A stretch of DNA of 64,000 bases, taken from NCBI GenBank assembly GCA_036340075.1, contig JAYYZJ010000003.1, positions 1-64,000 on the forward strand, in the 5' to 3' direction. Positions 1 through 10,174 of this stretch are shown one piece after another; positions within the stretch are counted from its first letter, which is position 1, and the number at the start of each line of letters is the position of its first letter. The notes beneath the pieces were generated by a model that searched no databases, had not been told where the DNA came from, and saw nothing but the letters and a program-made list of their open reading frames with translations. This DNA comes from Thermodesulfobacteriota bacterium. GTDB lineage: Bacteria; Desulfobacterota_D; UBA1144. The position numbers and the translations under genes are program-made.

Positions 1-490
1 TAAGCTTGAAGTTATTGAAAACAAGTCAACACTAAAGCCTTCGACAAGAGGAACAATAAAAGCTGCCGAACAGCTCATTGATAGAGGATTCAAAGTTCTA
101 CCCTATATAACAGACAATCTTAATTTTGCTAAAGCAATGGAGTCTCTTGGTTGTGAAGTAATAATGCCCTGGGGATCTCATATAGGTTCAGGTAGGGGTC
201 TTGATAATTTGTCTAAACTTAAAATAATTAGAGAGAAAATTCCTGACAAAACTTTAATTGTAGATGCGGGCATAGGTAGGGTTTCTCATATATGTCAGGT
301 GATGGAGTTAGGATTTGATGGAGTTCTATTAAATTCAGCAGTAGTAAATTCCAAATCACCTGAAAAATTTGCCGAAGCACTATCTATTGGAATGAAAGCT
401 GTTAAAACATCAATAGAAGCTGGGCCTATGCAACAACGTACTTATGCAACAGCTTCTACAAGCAATAAGGGTCGACCATTCAGCAAATAA
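1..490 (+). CDS. thiG: Thiazole synthase, 5'-truncated by the window edge
   Basis: Frame open from position 2: KLEVIENKSTLKPS..AAEQLIDRGFKVLPY, then MPWGSHIGSGRGL, IVDAGIG, GFDGVLLNSAV. These are ThiG motifs, somewhat divergent. Confidence 0.88.
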   Translation, partial: KLEVIENKSTLKPSTRGTIKAAEQLIDRGFKVLPYITDNLNFAKAMESLGCEVIMPWGSHIGSGRGLDNLSKLKIIREKIPDKTLIVDAGIGRVSHICQVMELGFDGVLLNSAVVNSKSPEKFAEALSIGMKAVKTSIEAGPMQQRTYATASTSNKGRPFSK

Positions 491-906
491 TATTTAAATT
501 TTATAAGCTTCTACTGTTCTCTCTTTTTATTATATGTTTAATTTCTATAAATTCGTTCTTTTTAGAAGCATCGTCAGGCAGAAAAGATGATATTAGAATC
601 ATTGATTGTTATGACGGAGATACTTGTACCTCAGATAGAAAGGAAAAAATACGTTTGGCCTGTATTGATGCCCCAGAATTAAAAGGGTCACGTGCTAACC
701 CTAAAAAAGCAAAAGCGGCAAGAGATTATTTAAGAAGTCTGACTTACAAAAAAGTAATCCAAATTCACAGAATCACGAAAGATCGTTATGGAAGAACTAT
801 CGGAGAATTATTTGCAGATGGATTAGATATCCAAGAGCAAATGGTTAAAAGTGGTCACGCAAGAATTTATAAGAAATATTCTTTCCAATGCGAGTGGAGC
901 AAATAA
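490..906 (+). CDS. Thermonuclease (SNase-like) family protein with signal/anchor; start uncertain
   Basis: Frame is open upstream of the track's TTG at 655 and contains CYDGDTCT..KIRLACIDAPE, DRYGRTIGE and a hydrophobic N-terminus (FKFYKLLLFSLFIICLISI). Confidence 0.85.
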   Translation: MFKFYKLLLFSLFIICLISINSFFLEASSGRKDDIRIIDCYDGDTCTSDRKEKIRLACIDAPELKGSRANPKKAKAARDYLRSLTYKKVIQIHRITKDRYGRTIGELFADGLDIQEQMVKSGHARIYKKYSFQCEWSK

Positions 907-907
907 A

Positions 908-2305
908 CTACTTCATCGACTTAATTGATTTGTAGAATGTTATTGATCCATCTCTAGATTTTCTTTGAATCAAGAATAAACAATTTTCATTTGGTTTAAT
1001 CTTGTTAATTACTGAATTAAAACTTTCGATATTTGATATAGATTTGCGATTAATTTCTAAAATAATGTCACCTTTGGTTAATATAGATTCGGCATTTGTA
1101 TTTGGATAGGTTCTAGTAACTAATATTTTTCTTGTATTAGAATTAGGGCCTTCTACAAATTCAGTTATATCAAAACCAAATTTATCTCTAGCTTTACTGC
1201 TAATTTCTTTATTGTTTCGAGAAAACTTATTTGTAGGAATCTGACCCAATAGGACTAAGATCTCTATTGATTTATTATTCCGGACAATGCCGAGTTTCAC
1301 TTTTGTATTTGGCTTAAGTCTCCCAACCTCTCTAGGTAAATCAGAATATTCCTTAATTTGCTTACTTCCTATCGATATTATAATGTCTCCTCTTTTTACA
1401 CCTGCTTTAAATGCAGGTCCGTCAACTATTACATCACTAACTAGTCCACCAAATGTTGATTTCAATTTCAGAGAATCGGCTATTTCCTTATTTATTTTTT
1501 GTATTACTATACCGAGCCATCCTCTTTCCACTATTCCGGAATTTTTTAATTGGCTAATAACATTAGATGCCATATTGGAAGGTATGGCAAAACCGATTCC
1601 TTGCCCGGTAGCAGAAATTGCAGTATTAACTCCAATAACTTGACCATCTAAATTAAAAAGTGGGCCGCCGCTATTTCCCTTATTAAGGGCTGCGTCTGTT
1701 TGAATAAAATCTACGTAACCTCCGAGATCGTCTATATATCTTCCTTTTGCGCTAACTATTCCGGTTGTAACCGTTGTTCCAAAACCAAGAGGATTTCCTA
1801 TAGCCAAAACCCATTCTCCTATTCTTAGTGAATCAGAATTTCCAAGTGTAGCCTTTTTTAATATCTGTTTGGGTTTTATTTTTAATAATGCTAAATCAGT
1901 CCTTTCATCAACTCCAACAATTTCCGCTTTATATTTATTATCATTACTCAAAACTATAGATATATCAGATGCTTCTTTTATCACATGATAATTTGTAACA
2001 ATTAAACCATCCTCTGAATATACAAACCCAGAGCCTAATCCTTTTGCATATTTAGGCTGAGACTCGTTATTAAATTCTCTATTAAAATTCTCTCCAAAGT
2101 GTCTATCGAAGAATTCATCTAGAAATGGATCTCCTGTTAAGCCAAGATTTTGCTTTTTTATACTGGTAGTTTCTATTCTTACCACTGATGAGCTTAATCT
2201 TTCTACTAAATTATGAATATTCTCTAATTTTTCAGCATTTGAATTAAATGGACATAAAGCAAGAACTAATAGAGCTTGTATGAAGAAAAGGCTTAATTTT
2301 CTCAT
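908..2305 (-). CDS. degP: Do/DegP-family periplasmic serine protease with two PDZ domains
   Basis: GSGF, TNYHV, DLALLK, QTDAALNKGNSGGPL; signal peptide from MRKLSLFF (ATG 2305). Confidence 0.92.
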   Translation of the reverse strand: MRKLSLFFIQALLVLALCPFNSNAEKLENIHNLVERLSSSVVRIETTSIKKQNLGLTGDPFLDEFFDRHFGENFNREFNNESQPKYAKGLGSGFVYSEDGLIVTNYHVIKEASDISIVLSNDNKYKAEIVGVDERTDLALLKIKPKQILKKATLGNSDSLRIGEWVLAIGNPLGFGTTVTTGIVSAKGRYIDDLGGYVDFIQTDAALNKGNSGGPLFNLDGQVIGVNTAISATGQGIGFAIPSNMASNVISQLKNSGIVERGWLGIVIQKINKEIADSLKLKSTFGGLVSDVIVDGPAFKAGVKRGDIIISIGSKQIKEYSDLPREVGRLKPNTKVKLGIVRNNKSIEILVLLGQIPTNKFSRNNKEISSKARDKFGFDITEFVEGPNSNTRKILVTRTYPNTNAESILTKGDIILEINRKSISNIESFNSVINKIKPNENCLFLIQRKSRDGSITFYKSIKSMK

Positions 2306-2376
2306 AAAACGTAAATATAAACAATAATTCGGAAGCTTGCCAGTGAAATAAATTAAATATGATAACATTAGAAAAT

Positions 2377-3303
2377 ATGAAAATAGTCTTTATGGGAACA
2401 CCGGATTTTGCACGTATAATTCTTGAAAAATTAGCGAGTGTATATGATACAGAATTAATTATTACTCAGCCAGATAAACCTACGGGCAGAAAAAAAGAGA
2501 TTGTGTTTAATTCTGTAAAAGAATTTGCAACTGAGAAAAAATTGAATACCCTCCAGCCTGAGAAAATAAAGGGGAACCAAGAACTTTTAAAGCAATTAAT
2601 AAGTATTAATCCAGATGTTATATATGTAGCAGCATACGGAAAAATTCTACCAGAAGAGATTCTAAAAATACCAAAATATGGGTGCATTAATGTGCATGCT
2701 TCACTATTACCAAAATATCGTGGTGCTGCACCAATAAACTGGGCACTTATTAATGGTGACAAAAAAACTGGGATTACATTAATGAAAATGGACGTTGGGA
2801 TGGACACAGGCGATATAATTTCTAAATACGAATTGGATATAGAACAAAACGATAATGTAGAATCCTTATCAAAAAAGCTTGCTAATTTGGCTGCAACAAA
2901 ATTAATCGACTTTACAAAAAGCTTAATAGAGAAACGTAAATACGAATCTGTGAAACAAAATGAAAATGAAGCAACTGTAGCACCAAAAATTAAAAAAGAA
3001 AACGGTTTGATAGATTGGAAAAAGTCTTCAATAGAGATAAATAATTTAATCAGAGGTTGCAATCCATGGCCAGTTGCTTACACAAATTTAGACAAAAATA
3101 TGATTAAAATTTTTAAGGTAAATCTATACGGAAAAACTACTAAATCTCCTGGTGAAATTTTTAATGATAATGGAAAATTGGTAGTAGCGTGTGGCGAAGG
3201 TTCCATCGAAATAATAGAAATTCAAAAAAGTGGTCAGAAAAAAATCTCTGGTAGAGACTTTTTAAATGGGATTAAAAATATAGGTATCTTAAATTTTAAC
3301 TAA
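2377..3303 (+). CDS. fmt: Methionyl-tRNA formyltransferase
   Basis: MKIVFMGTPDFA, INVHASLLPKYRGAAPI; alternative start at 2359. Confidence 0.96.
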   Translation: MKIVFMGTPDFARIILEKLASVYDTELIITQPDKPTGRKKEIVFNSVKEFATEKKLNTLQPEKIKGNQELLKQLISINPDVIYVAAYGKILPEEILKIPKYGCINVHASLLPKYRGAAPINWALINGDKKTGITLMKMDVGMDTGDIISKYELDIEQNDNVESLSKKLANLAATKLIDFTKSLIEKRKYESVKQNENEATVAPKIKKENGLIDWKKSSIEINNLIRGCNPWPVAYTNLDKNMIKIFKVNLYGKTTKSPGEIFNDNGKLVVACGEGSIEIIEIQKSGQKKISGRDFLNGIKNIGILNFN

Positions 3304-3667
3304 TTGGAATTTCCACAGAGAAAGGAGATATCTTAATTCTTTCTATTAATTTATTGTCAAAACATAAATCTCTTACTTTCTTTAGCTCATCTTTTGGGAC
3401 AAAAAGGATACAATTGTAACCAAGAGAATGTAATTTCTTCCACTTTTTTATAGATTCAGAATTAATTTTAGATATCGTTTCCACTTCTCCAATCATCATA
3501 ATTTGCCCGTAATTACCAAATATGATGTCAGGAAATTCTCCCTCTACGGGATGTGTTTGATTATTTAAGGTATTAATCTTAATTTCATTGAATTCCTTAG
3601 AGTATTTTTTTTGTATTTCTTCAACAACCCAATCATGAAGAAATGCTTCTTTTTCATTTTCTTCCAT
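3296..3667 (-). CDS. Hypothetical protein, possible PD-(D/E)XK restriction-endonuclease-like fold
   Basis: 123 aa ORF overlapping the nadK stop; FPDII...IGEVET pattern. Confidence 0.65.
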   Translation of the reverse strand: MEENEKEAFLHDWVVEEIQKKYSKEFNEIKINTLNNQTHPVEGEFPDIIFGNYGQIMMIGEVETISKINSESIKKWKKLHSLGYNCILFVPKDELKKVRDLCFDNKLIERIKISPFSVEIPIS

Positions 3668-4523
3668 AGTTATTATTACTCCACATTAATTTATCTTTTA
3701 ATACATGAAAATATTCTGTATCAGGAGATCTAAGCAAGGTAAGCTTGTGTTTAGATTTTAGGACTGTAAGTTCAGAAATATTGTCAATCTCTATACTCTC
3801 ATTACCATCAAATGTTGCAAAGACTGGATAATTTGTTGAATTGATTTTAATTTTTATTGCTGAGTTGTCCGAAACAACTAATGGTCTGTTTGATAAAGTA
3901 TGAGGACAAATTGGTGTAACAATAACTAGAGGTAGTCCTGGTGAAACAATTGGCCCACCAGCAGATAATGAATATGCTGTTGATCCAGTAGGGGAGGATA
4001 GAATTAGACCATCGGCTCTTAAATTTGATACCAAAATTTTATCAATATACAAATCAAGACTAATAATTTTTGCTAATGCTCCTTTGTTTATTACAACATC
4101 ATTAAGAAAATTTGTTTTTCTTATTATTTTATTGTCTTTGGACAAAGTAGCTTGAAGTAATTGTCTATTGTCTTTTACCAATTTTCCTTCAAAGAAATCA
4201 TCTAATATTACTTTGAATCTTTCATATGGTGCCTCAGTTAAAAATCCTAAACTTCCTAAATTGATTCCTATTACTGGCTTCTTGTTTATAGCAGCTTCTT
4301 CAGCAACGTGTAGCAATGTGCCATCCCCACCAAAAACAATTATGAGATTTGATTTTTTTATTAATTCAGTTCGAGAGACAAAATTAGCTGGGAGATTAAC
4401 AGCTTCATTAAGAATATCTTCGGCTAATAACTCTGCTTTGTACTTTTTGAGAGTCTGCTCGAGATTCTTTATAACCTTATGAAAGCCTTCCAAATCAGGC
4501 TTTGCGATAACCCCTACAATCAT
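3654..4523 (-). CDS. nadK: NAD kinase
   Basis: GGDGT, GSLGFL, LNDVV, DGLILSSPTGSTAYSLSAGGP. Confidence 0.96.
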   Translation of the reverse strand: MIVGVIAKPDLEGFHKVIKNLEQTLKKYKAELLAEDILNEAVNLPANFVSRTELIKKSNLIIVFGGDGTLLHVAEEAAINKKPVIGINLGSLGFLTEAPYERFKVILDDFFEGKLVKDNRQLLQATLSKDNKIIRKTNFLNDVVINKGALAKIISLDLYIDKILVSNLRADGLILSSPTGSTAYSLSAGGPIVSPGLPLVIVTPICPHTLSNRPLVVSDNSAIKIKINSTNYPVFATFDGNESIEIDNISELTVLKSKHKLTLLRSPDTEYFHVLKDKLMWSNNNYGRK

Positions 4524-4563
4524 AAGTATATTATAGATTAGTTTTTAGACTTTTCAGACCACT

Positions 4564-5653
4564 CTACTTTGGAGTTGATAATAAATCTTGAACTAGGTTT
4601 TGTATATCACCATCCAAAAAAGATTCGACGTCTCCGGTTTCAAAATTAATCCTGTGATCCTTAATCATTCTATAGGGATGTAAAATATAAGATCTAATCT
4701 GACTACCCCATGCTATATCTTTTTTTTCTGAGTTAAATTCTTTTTCTTGCTTCTTAAGCTTGTTCATTTCTATTTCGTACAATTTAGATGACAAAATTTT
4801 CATTGCTGAGGCTTTATTCTGATGTTGTGATCTCTGATTTTGGCAACCAACGACAATGCCGGAAGGTATATGAGTTATCCTAACAGCTGAATCAGTCTTG
4901 TTTACATGTTGTCCTCCAGCACCCCCTGCCCTAAAGGTTTCTATTTTTAATTCATTCTCCTCGATATTAATATCAATGCTTTCGTCAACTTCAGGAAGCA
5001 CAGAAACAGATGCAAAAGAAGTATGCCTTCTTTTATTTGAGTCAAAAGGTGATATTCGAACTAATCTGTGAACACCAGTCTCATTATTTAAGAAACCATA
5101 AGCAAATTCTCCTCTTATTAGAATTGTGCAGTTCTTGATACCGGCCTCCTCTCCATCAAGAAGATCTAAAAACTCAGCCTTAAAATTATTAATTTCAGCA
5201 TAACGTAAATACATTCGTGATAACATGTGAGCCCAATCTTGGGCTTCTGTTCCTCCTGCGCCAGAATTAATAGAAATTATTGCATTCTTTGTATCGTCTT
5301 TACCAGAAAGCATCATTCTAATTTCAAATAATTCTAATTCTTTGCTGAAAGTTAACAAAGATTCATCAATCTCTTTTAAAAAATTTTCATCTTCTGACTT
5401 AAAAAGATTGAACAACTCTGAAGTCTCATTAAAAGAACCTTCGAGTCTCGAGTAAGTATCTAAATTCTTTTTTATTAGTGAAATTTCTTTTAAGGCCCTT
5501 TGTGCTTGAGCTTTATCTTCCCAGAAATCCTCTTTTTCGGTATCTTTTTCAAGTTTGGCCAAATGCGAACTTTGAGTATCTGGGTCAAAGATACTCCCGA
5601 ACTTTTTCTAATCGTATTTTAAAGTCTTTTATCTTATGATTAATTTCAGTCAT
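4564..5653 (-). CDS. prfB: Peptide chain release factor 2, programmed +1 frameshift after codon 22
   Basis: SPF and GGQ motifs. Upstream frame MTEINHKIKDFKIRLEKVREYL ends in CTT-TGA-C and continues in the +1 frame as DPDTQSSHLAK. Confidence 0.96.
5584..5598 (-). other. RF2 +1 frameshift cassette GGGAG-TAT-CTT-TGA-C
   Basis: Internal SD-like GGGAG 3 nt before the slippery CTT TGA C, the canonical prfB signal. Confidence 0.95.
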
Positions 5654-5713
5654 TTTTCTACCATTCAAATAATGTTATATTTAATACATCTTAATTCCTT
5701 AATGGAGTATATA

Positions 5714-6856
5714 TTGAAAAATCGTGTTTTAACACCAGGCCCAGTTGCCGTTCCAGAATTTGTAATGCTTGAAATGGCTAAACCACTAATTCACCATAGA
5801 ACAAGTGAATTTGAAGAAATTTTTAATAATGCTACTCAAGATCTCAAAGAATTGTTTCAGACAAAAGAGGAAGTTTTAATTCTTGCATCATCAGGGACTG
5901 GCGCAATGGAAGCGGCTGTTTCAAACTCTTTTTCAAAGAATGATAAAGTGATAGTGGTAAATGGTGGAAAATTTGGAGAAAGATGGTTAAAGATTTGCCA
6001 AGCTTTCCAATTGAATGTAATAGAACTTGCTGTTGAATGGGGTGAAAGTGTTGATGCTAATAAAATCAAAGAAATCCTTGCGAAGAATGACGACGTCAAA
6101 GGTGTGCTAGTACAAGCTAGTGAAACATCAACTGGGGTCGAACATCCAATTAAAGAAATTGCAAAGATAACAAAAAAGATGGACAACACAATTCTAGTAG
6201 TTGATGGAATTACTGGTGTTGGTGTATTCCCTATCGCTTTCGACGACTGGGGTATCGATATCCTAATAGGTGGCTCACAAAAAGCCTTTATGCTTCCGCC
6301 TGGACTAGCTTTTATTTCTTTGAGCAAGAAGGCTTGGGAGTTTACCAAAAATGCAAATTTACCTAATTTTTATTTTGATTTGGGTGCTGCTTTAAAAAAT
6401 AGTTTAAAACATACATCTCCTTGGACACCAGCTGTAACTCTTATTATTGGTCTTGGTGCTGTATTGAAACATTTTAAAAGTATAGGTTTTAATCAAGTTT
6501 ACGAAAGATGCTCCATTATGTCTCAAGCAACAAGAGAAGGATTTAAGGCAATTGGATTGGAATCCTTTGCAAAAAAGCATCCTAGTCCTGCTTTATCTGT
6601 TATATGCTCACCATCAAATATAGATGCTGGATTAATCATAAAAAAACTAAAAGATAATTATGGAATAATTGTTGCGGGTGGTCAGGATCAAGCAAAGGGT
6701 AAAATATTAAGAATTACGCATATGGGCGACGTTGACAAAAGCGACATGATTGCTTTAATTTCTGCTGTTGAGAACATATTAGATGAAAATGGAATTAAAT
6801 TTAAAAAGGGTGCTGGAACAAGTACGGCAGCGAACATACTTCATAATATGAAATAA
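5714..6856 (+). CDS. Class V PLP aminotransferase (serine-pyruvate/alanine-glyoxylate family)
   Basis: LTPGP, SSGTGAME, ETSTGV, GSQKA (PLP Lys). Start is TTG 5714 after GGAG, or ATG 5702; the track's 5636 start overlaps prfB. Confidence 0.9.
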   Translation: MKNRVLTPGPVAVPEFVMLEMAKPLIHHRTSEFEEIFNNATQDLKELFQTKEEVLILASSGTGAMEAAVSNSFSKNDKVIVVNGGKFGERWLKICQAFQLNVIELAVEWGESVDANKIKEILAKNDDVKGVLVQASETSTGVEHPIKEIAKITKKMDNTILVVDGITGVGVFPIAFDDWGIDILIGGSQKAFMLPPGLAFISLSKKAWEFTKNANLPNFYFDLGAALKNSLKHTSPWTPAVTLIIGLGAVLKHFKSIGFNQVYERCSIMSQATREGFKAIGLESFAKKHPSPALSVICSPSNIDAGLIIKKLKDNYGIIVAGGQDQAKGKILRITHMGDVDKSDMIALISAVENILDENGIKFKKGAGTSTAANILHNMK

Positions 6857-6861
6857 AAATT

Positions 6862-7941
6862 TTATAAATTTTCTATTTTAGAAATTTTGTTTTCAAGAAA
6901 AGTATCAATCAAAACTAAATTTACCATTGCTTCAGCAATTGGCACTGCTCTTGGGCATAAGCATGGGTCATGTCTTCCTTTTACCCTTAAATTTTTCACA
7001 ACACCTTTTTTATTTATAGATTTTTGTTGTTTTGAAATTGAAGACGTAGGCTTGAGAGCAAACCTCAAAACTAAATCTTGACCATTCGTAATTCCTCCTA
7101 GAATACCCCCTGCATTATTAGAATTAAAAATAACTTTTCCTTTTTTTCTTGCTTTCATAATATCATTCACTTCTGAACCTTTCTTTTCAGAAATAGCAAA
7201 TCCCAGTCCAATTTCAAATCCTCTTACCCCACCTATACTCATAATTGCAGATGCTAACCTTGCATCAATCTTGTCAAAAACTGGCGAACCTAGTCCTGCA
7301 GGGAGACCAGTGCTTACAACCTCGATTACTCCACCGATTGAATCACCTTGTCTTCTAACCTGATCAATAAGTTGGCTCATCTCCTTTACTTTTTTCTTAT
7401 CTGGGCATCGTAAAGGATTTTTTTCAATATATTTTAGATTAACTTCTTCTATCTTTATGTTTCCAACTTGAGATACGTAACCATACGTACTAATACCCAA
7501 ATTGTTCAAAATCTTCTTGGCTATAGCGCCAGCTGCTACTCGCGCAACTGTTTCTCTGTTTGAAGATCTTCCTCCTCCTCGATAATCTCTCACACCATAT
7601 TTTTCATCATAACTTAAATCTGCATGCCCTGGTCTGTATATATCTTTAAAATCTTCATATGATTTTGAAATTGCATCAACATTGCGAACAAGCATTGAAA
7701 TTGGAGTACCAGTAGTTTTGTCCTTAAATACACCTGACAAAATCTCTATTTTGTCATCTTCTTTCCTCTGAGTTGTTAAACGACTTTGGCCCGGCTTTCT
7801 TCTATTAAGTTCGTATTGAATATCCTTTTCTTTAAGAGATAATCCTGCGGGACATCCATCGACTATAACACCCAGAGCTTTTCCGTGTGATTCTCCCCAT
7901 GTAGTAATTTTAAATAGATTTCCAAAGGAATTACCGGCCAT
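6862..7941 (-). CDS. aroC: Chorismate synthase
   Basis: MAGNSFG, WGESHG, RPGHAD, GGGRSSNRET, GRHDPC. Confidence 0.97.
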   Translation of the reverse strand: MAGNSFGNLFKITTWGESHGKALGVIVDGCPAGLSLKEKDIQYELNRRKPGQSRLTTQRKEDDKIEILSGVFKDKTTGTPISMLVRNVDAISKSYEDFKDIYRPGHADLSYDEKYGVRDYRGGGRSSNRETVARVAAGAIAKKILNNLGISTYGYVSQVGNIKIEEVNLKYIEKNPLRCPDKKKVKEMSQLIDQVRRQGDSIGGVIEVVSTGLPAGLGSPVFDKIDARLASAIMSIGGVRGFEIGLGFAISEKKGSEVNDIMKARKKGKVIFNSNNAGGILGGITNGQDLVLRFALKPTSSISKQQKSINKKGVVKNLRVKGRHDPCLCPRAVPIAEAMVNLVLIDTFLENKISKIENL

Positions 7942-7948
7942 GAAAAGA

Positions 7949-7977
7949 ATTCTATCTTTAAAAAAAATATAATGCAA
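7949..7977 (-). promoter_or_regulatory. Sigma70-type promoter of aroC
   Basis: TTGCAT-17 nt-TAGAAT, ending 7 nt before the ATG. Confidence 0.6.
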
Positions 7978-7982
7978 TTTAA

Positions 7983-8978
7983 CTAAGAATTAATTATGAA
8001 CATTGCATCCCCGTAACTATAGAATCTAAATCTTTCTTTGACTGCTATTTCATAGCATTTCATAGTTAATTCTTGTCCGAGAAATGCTGAAACAAGCACT
8101 AAAAGTGTGGATTTTGGTAGGTGAAAATTTGTTAACAAAGAATCAGTAAAATTAAATTTAAATCCTTCTTTTATGAAAAGATCTGTTTCAGACCATTGCC
8201 CGGCCAAATTCCTATTTGTTGCTATCGATTCTAAAGCTCTTACTGTTGTAGTACCTACAGAGATAATTCTTTTGTTTCGTTTTTCAATTTTTTCAACTAG
8301 TTTTTTATCAACAAAGAAAGCTTCTTTATGCATCAAGTGATTAGATATTGTATCGCTTTTTATTGGCAAAAAAGTGCCTAATCCCACATGAAGAGTTATA
8401 TATTCCAAATCTACTCCTTTATTCTTTATTAAGTTGATTAATTCTTTGGAAAAATGTAATCCTGCTGTTGGCGCTGCAATAGAACCGGGTTGAGAAGCAA
8501 AGATTGTTTGGTAATCTATTTTGTCAAAATCATCAGAATCTCTTTTAATGTATGGAGGTATTGGCATCTTGCCATATTTTTCTATTAATTCAATTGCATC
8601 AGAATCGAAAGATAATTGCCATTTATTGTTGATATAATCTAAAGCTCCGGTTGAATTATCAGAAAAAATAATCTTAGTCTTAGTAGGATTTTTTGTAAGT
8701 ACAGACCAAGTACGATTATTTAATTTCTTTTCTAGTAAAATTTCTCTCTTCTTATTTTTATCATCTTCGACATTCAGAAGCACTGGATTAACCTTAGTGT
8801 CATTAAAAATCATCAAATCATCTGGGCTTAGATAATCAACTATCTTGTTGAACTTTGTGATAACAACCTTCTTAGTTTGTTTGTTAACTACCAATAATCT
8901 TGAAGAATCTCTAGGTCTTGAAGGACGTTTAGCAATTAATTCTTTCGGTAAATCATAGTCAAAAGAAGATAGTTTCAT
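7983..8978 (-). CDS. queA: SAM:tRNA ribosyltransferase-isomerase
   Basis: FDYDLPKELIA, MPIPPYIKR, AAPTAGLHF, TNFHLPKSTL, YSYGDAM. Confidence 0.97.
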   Translation of the reverse strand: MKLSSFDYDLPKELIAKRPSRPRDSSRLLVVNKQTKKVVITKFNKIVDYLSPDDLMIFNDTKVNPVLLNVEDDKNKKREILLEKKLNNRTWSVLTKNPTKTKIIFSDNSTGALDYINNKWQLSFDSDAIELIEKYGKMPIPPYIKRDSDDFDKIDYQTIFASQPGSIAAPTAGLHFSKELINLIKNKGVDLEYITLHVGLGTFLPIKSDTISNHLMHKEAFFVDKKLVEKIEKRNKRIISVGTTTVRALESIATNRNLAGQWSETDLFIKEGFKFNFTDSLLTNFHLPKSTLLVLVSAFLGQELTMKCYEIAVKERFRFYSYGDAMFIINS

Positions 8979-10171
8979 TATTTGATTTTATTTAAAATAA
9001 GTCTTAATGAGTTAAGTTTAATAAATCCGCTTGCATCACCTTGATTATAGAGATTATCTTTTTCGAATGTAGCCAATTTAGAACTATAAAGTGATTTCTT
9101 TGATTTTCTTCCAAGAACAGTTGCATTTCCTTTGTATATTTTTAATCTTACATCCCCTGATACATTCTTCTGAGATTCTTTAATAAATGCCTGCAATACT
9201 TTCATCTCTGGAGAAAACCAAAAACCATTATATATAAGCTCTGATATTTTAGGTACAAGTGTATCTCTAAGATGCATAACTTCTCTATCCATAGTTAAAG
9301 ACTCTATTGCTCTATGAGCAATATTCAGAATTGTTCCACCTGGAGTTTCATATACTCCCCTAGATTTCATTCCTACAAATCTATTTTCAACTATGTCGAT
9401 TACTCCCACACCATTCTTTGCTCCAATTTGATTAAGCTTTATTAGCAGATTTAACGGATTAATTTTTTTACTATTTATTGCATATGGAATACCTTCTTTA
9501 AAAGATATATTTAAATAAGTTGCCTTATTTGGTGTTTGCTCTACTGGTTTGACAAACTCTATCATGCCTGTTGGCGGTTGAACCCAAGGGTCCTCAAGGA
9601 CTCCTCCTTCATAACTTGTATGATAGATGTTCCTATCACAACTATAAGGTTTTGCTTTTGTTACAGTAATCGGTATGCCATGTTCTTTCGCATAATTTAT
9701 ACAGCACTCTCTAGATTCAAGGTTCCATATTCTCCAAGGGGCTATTATTTCGATTTTGGGATTAAGCGCCTTGAAAGTTAATTCGAATCTAATCTGATCA
9801 TTACCCTTCCCAGTAGAACCATGAGATACAGCATAAGCTTTTTCTTTTTTTGCTATTTCAATTTGCCTCTTTGCAATTAGAGGTCTAGCAATAGATGTCC
9901 CAAGAAGATATGAACCCTCATATACGGCACTAGATTGAATCATTGGGAAAATAAAATCTTTTACAAATTCATTTCTTAAATCTTCTACATATACTTTTGA
10001 AGCACCAACTTTCTTAGCCTGTGCTGCTATTGATTTTAGATTTTCGTTTTGACCAAGATCAGCTATATATGCAACAATATTTGCATTGTAATTTTCTTTT
10101 AACCAATGAAGTATCACCGAAGTGTCTAGGCCACCAGAATATGCAAGAATAATTGTTTTCTTTTTCATCAT
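8978..10171 (-). CDS. argG: Argininosuccinate synthase
   Basis: LAYSGGLDTS, HGSTGKGNDQIRF, KSRGVYETPGG. Confidence 0.97.
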   Translation of the reverse strand: MMKKKTIILAYSGGLDTSVILHWLKENYNANIVAYIADLGQNENLKSIAAQAKKVGASKVYVEDLRNEFVKDFIFPMIQSSAVYEGSYLLGTSIARPLIAKRQIEIAKKEKAYAVSHGSTGKGNDQIRFELTFKALNPKIEIIAPWRIWNLESRECCINYAKEHGIPITVTKAKPYSCDRNIYHTSYEGGVLEDPWVQPPTGMIEFVKPVEQTPNKATYLNISFKEGIPYAINSKKINPLNLLIKLNQIGAKNGVGVIDIVENRFVGMKSRGVYETPGGTILNIAHRAIESLTMDREVMHLRDTLVPKISELIYNGFWFSPEMKVLQAFIKESQKNVSGDVRLKIYKGNATVLGRKSKKSLYSSKLATFEKDNLYNQGDASGFIKLNSLRLILNKIK

Positions 10172-10174
10172 TAA

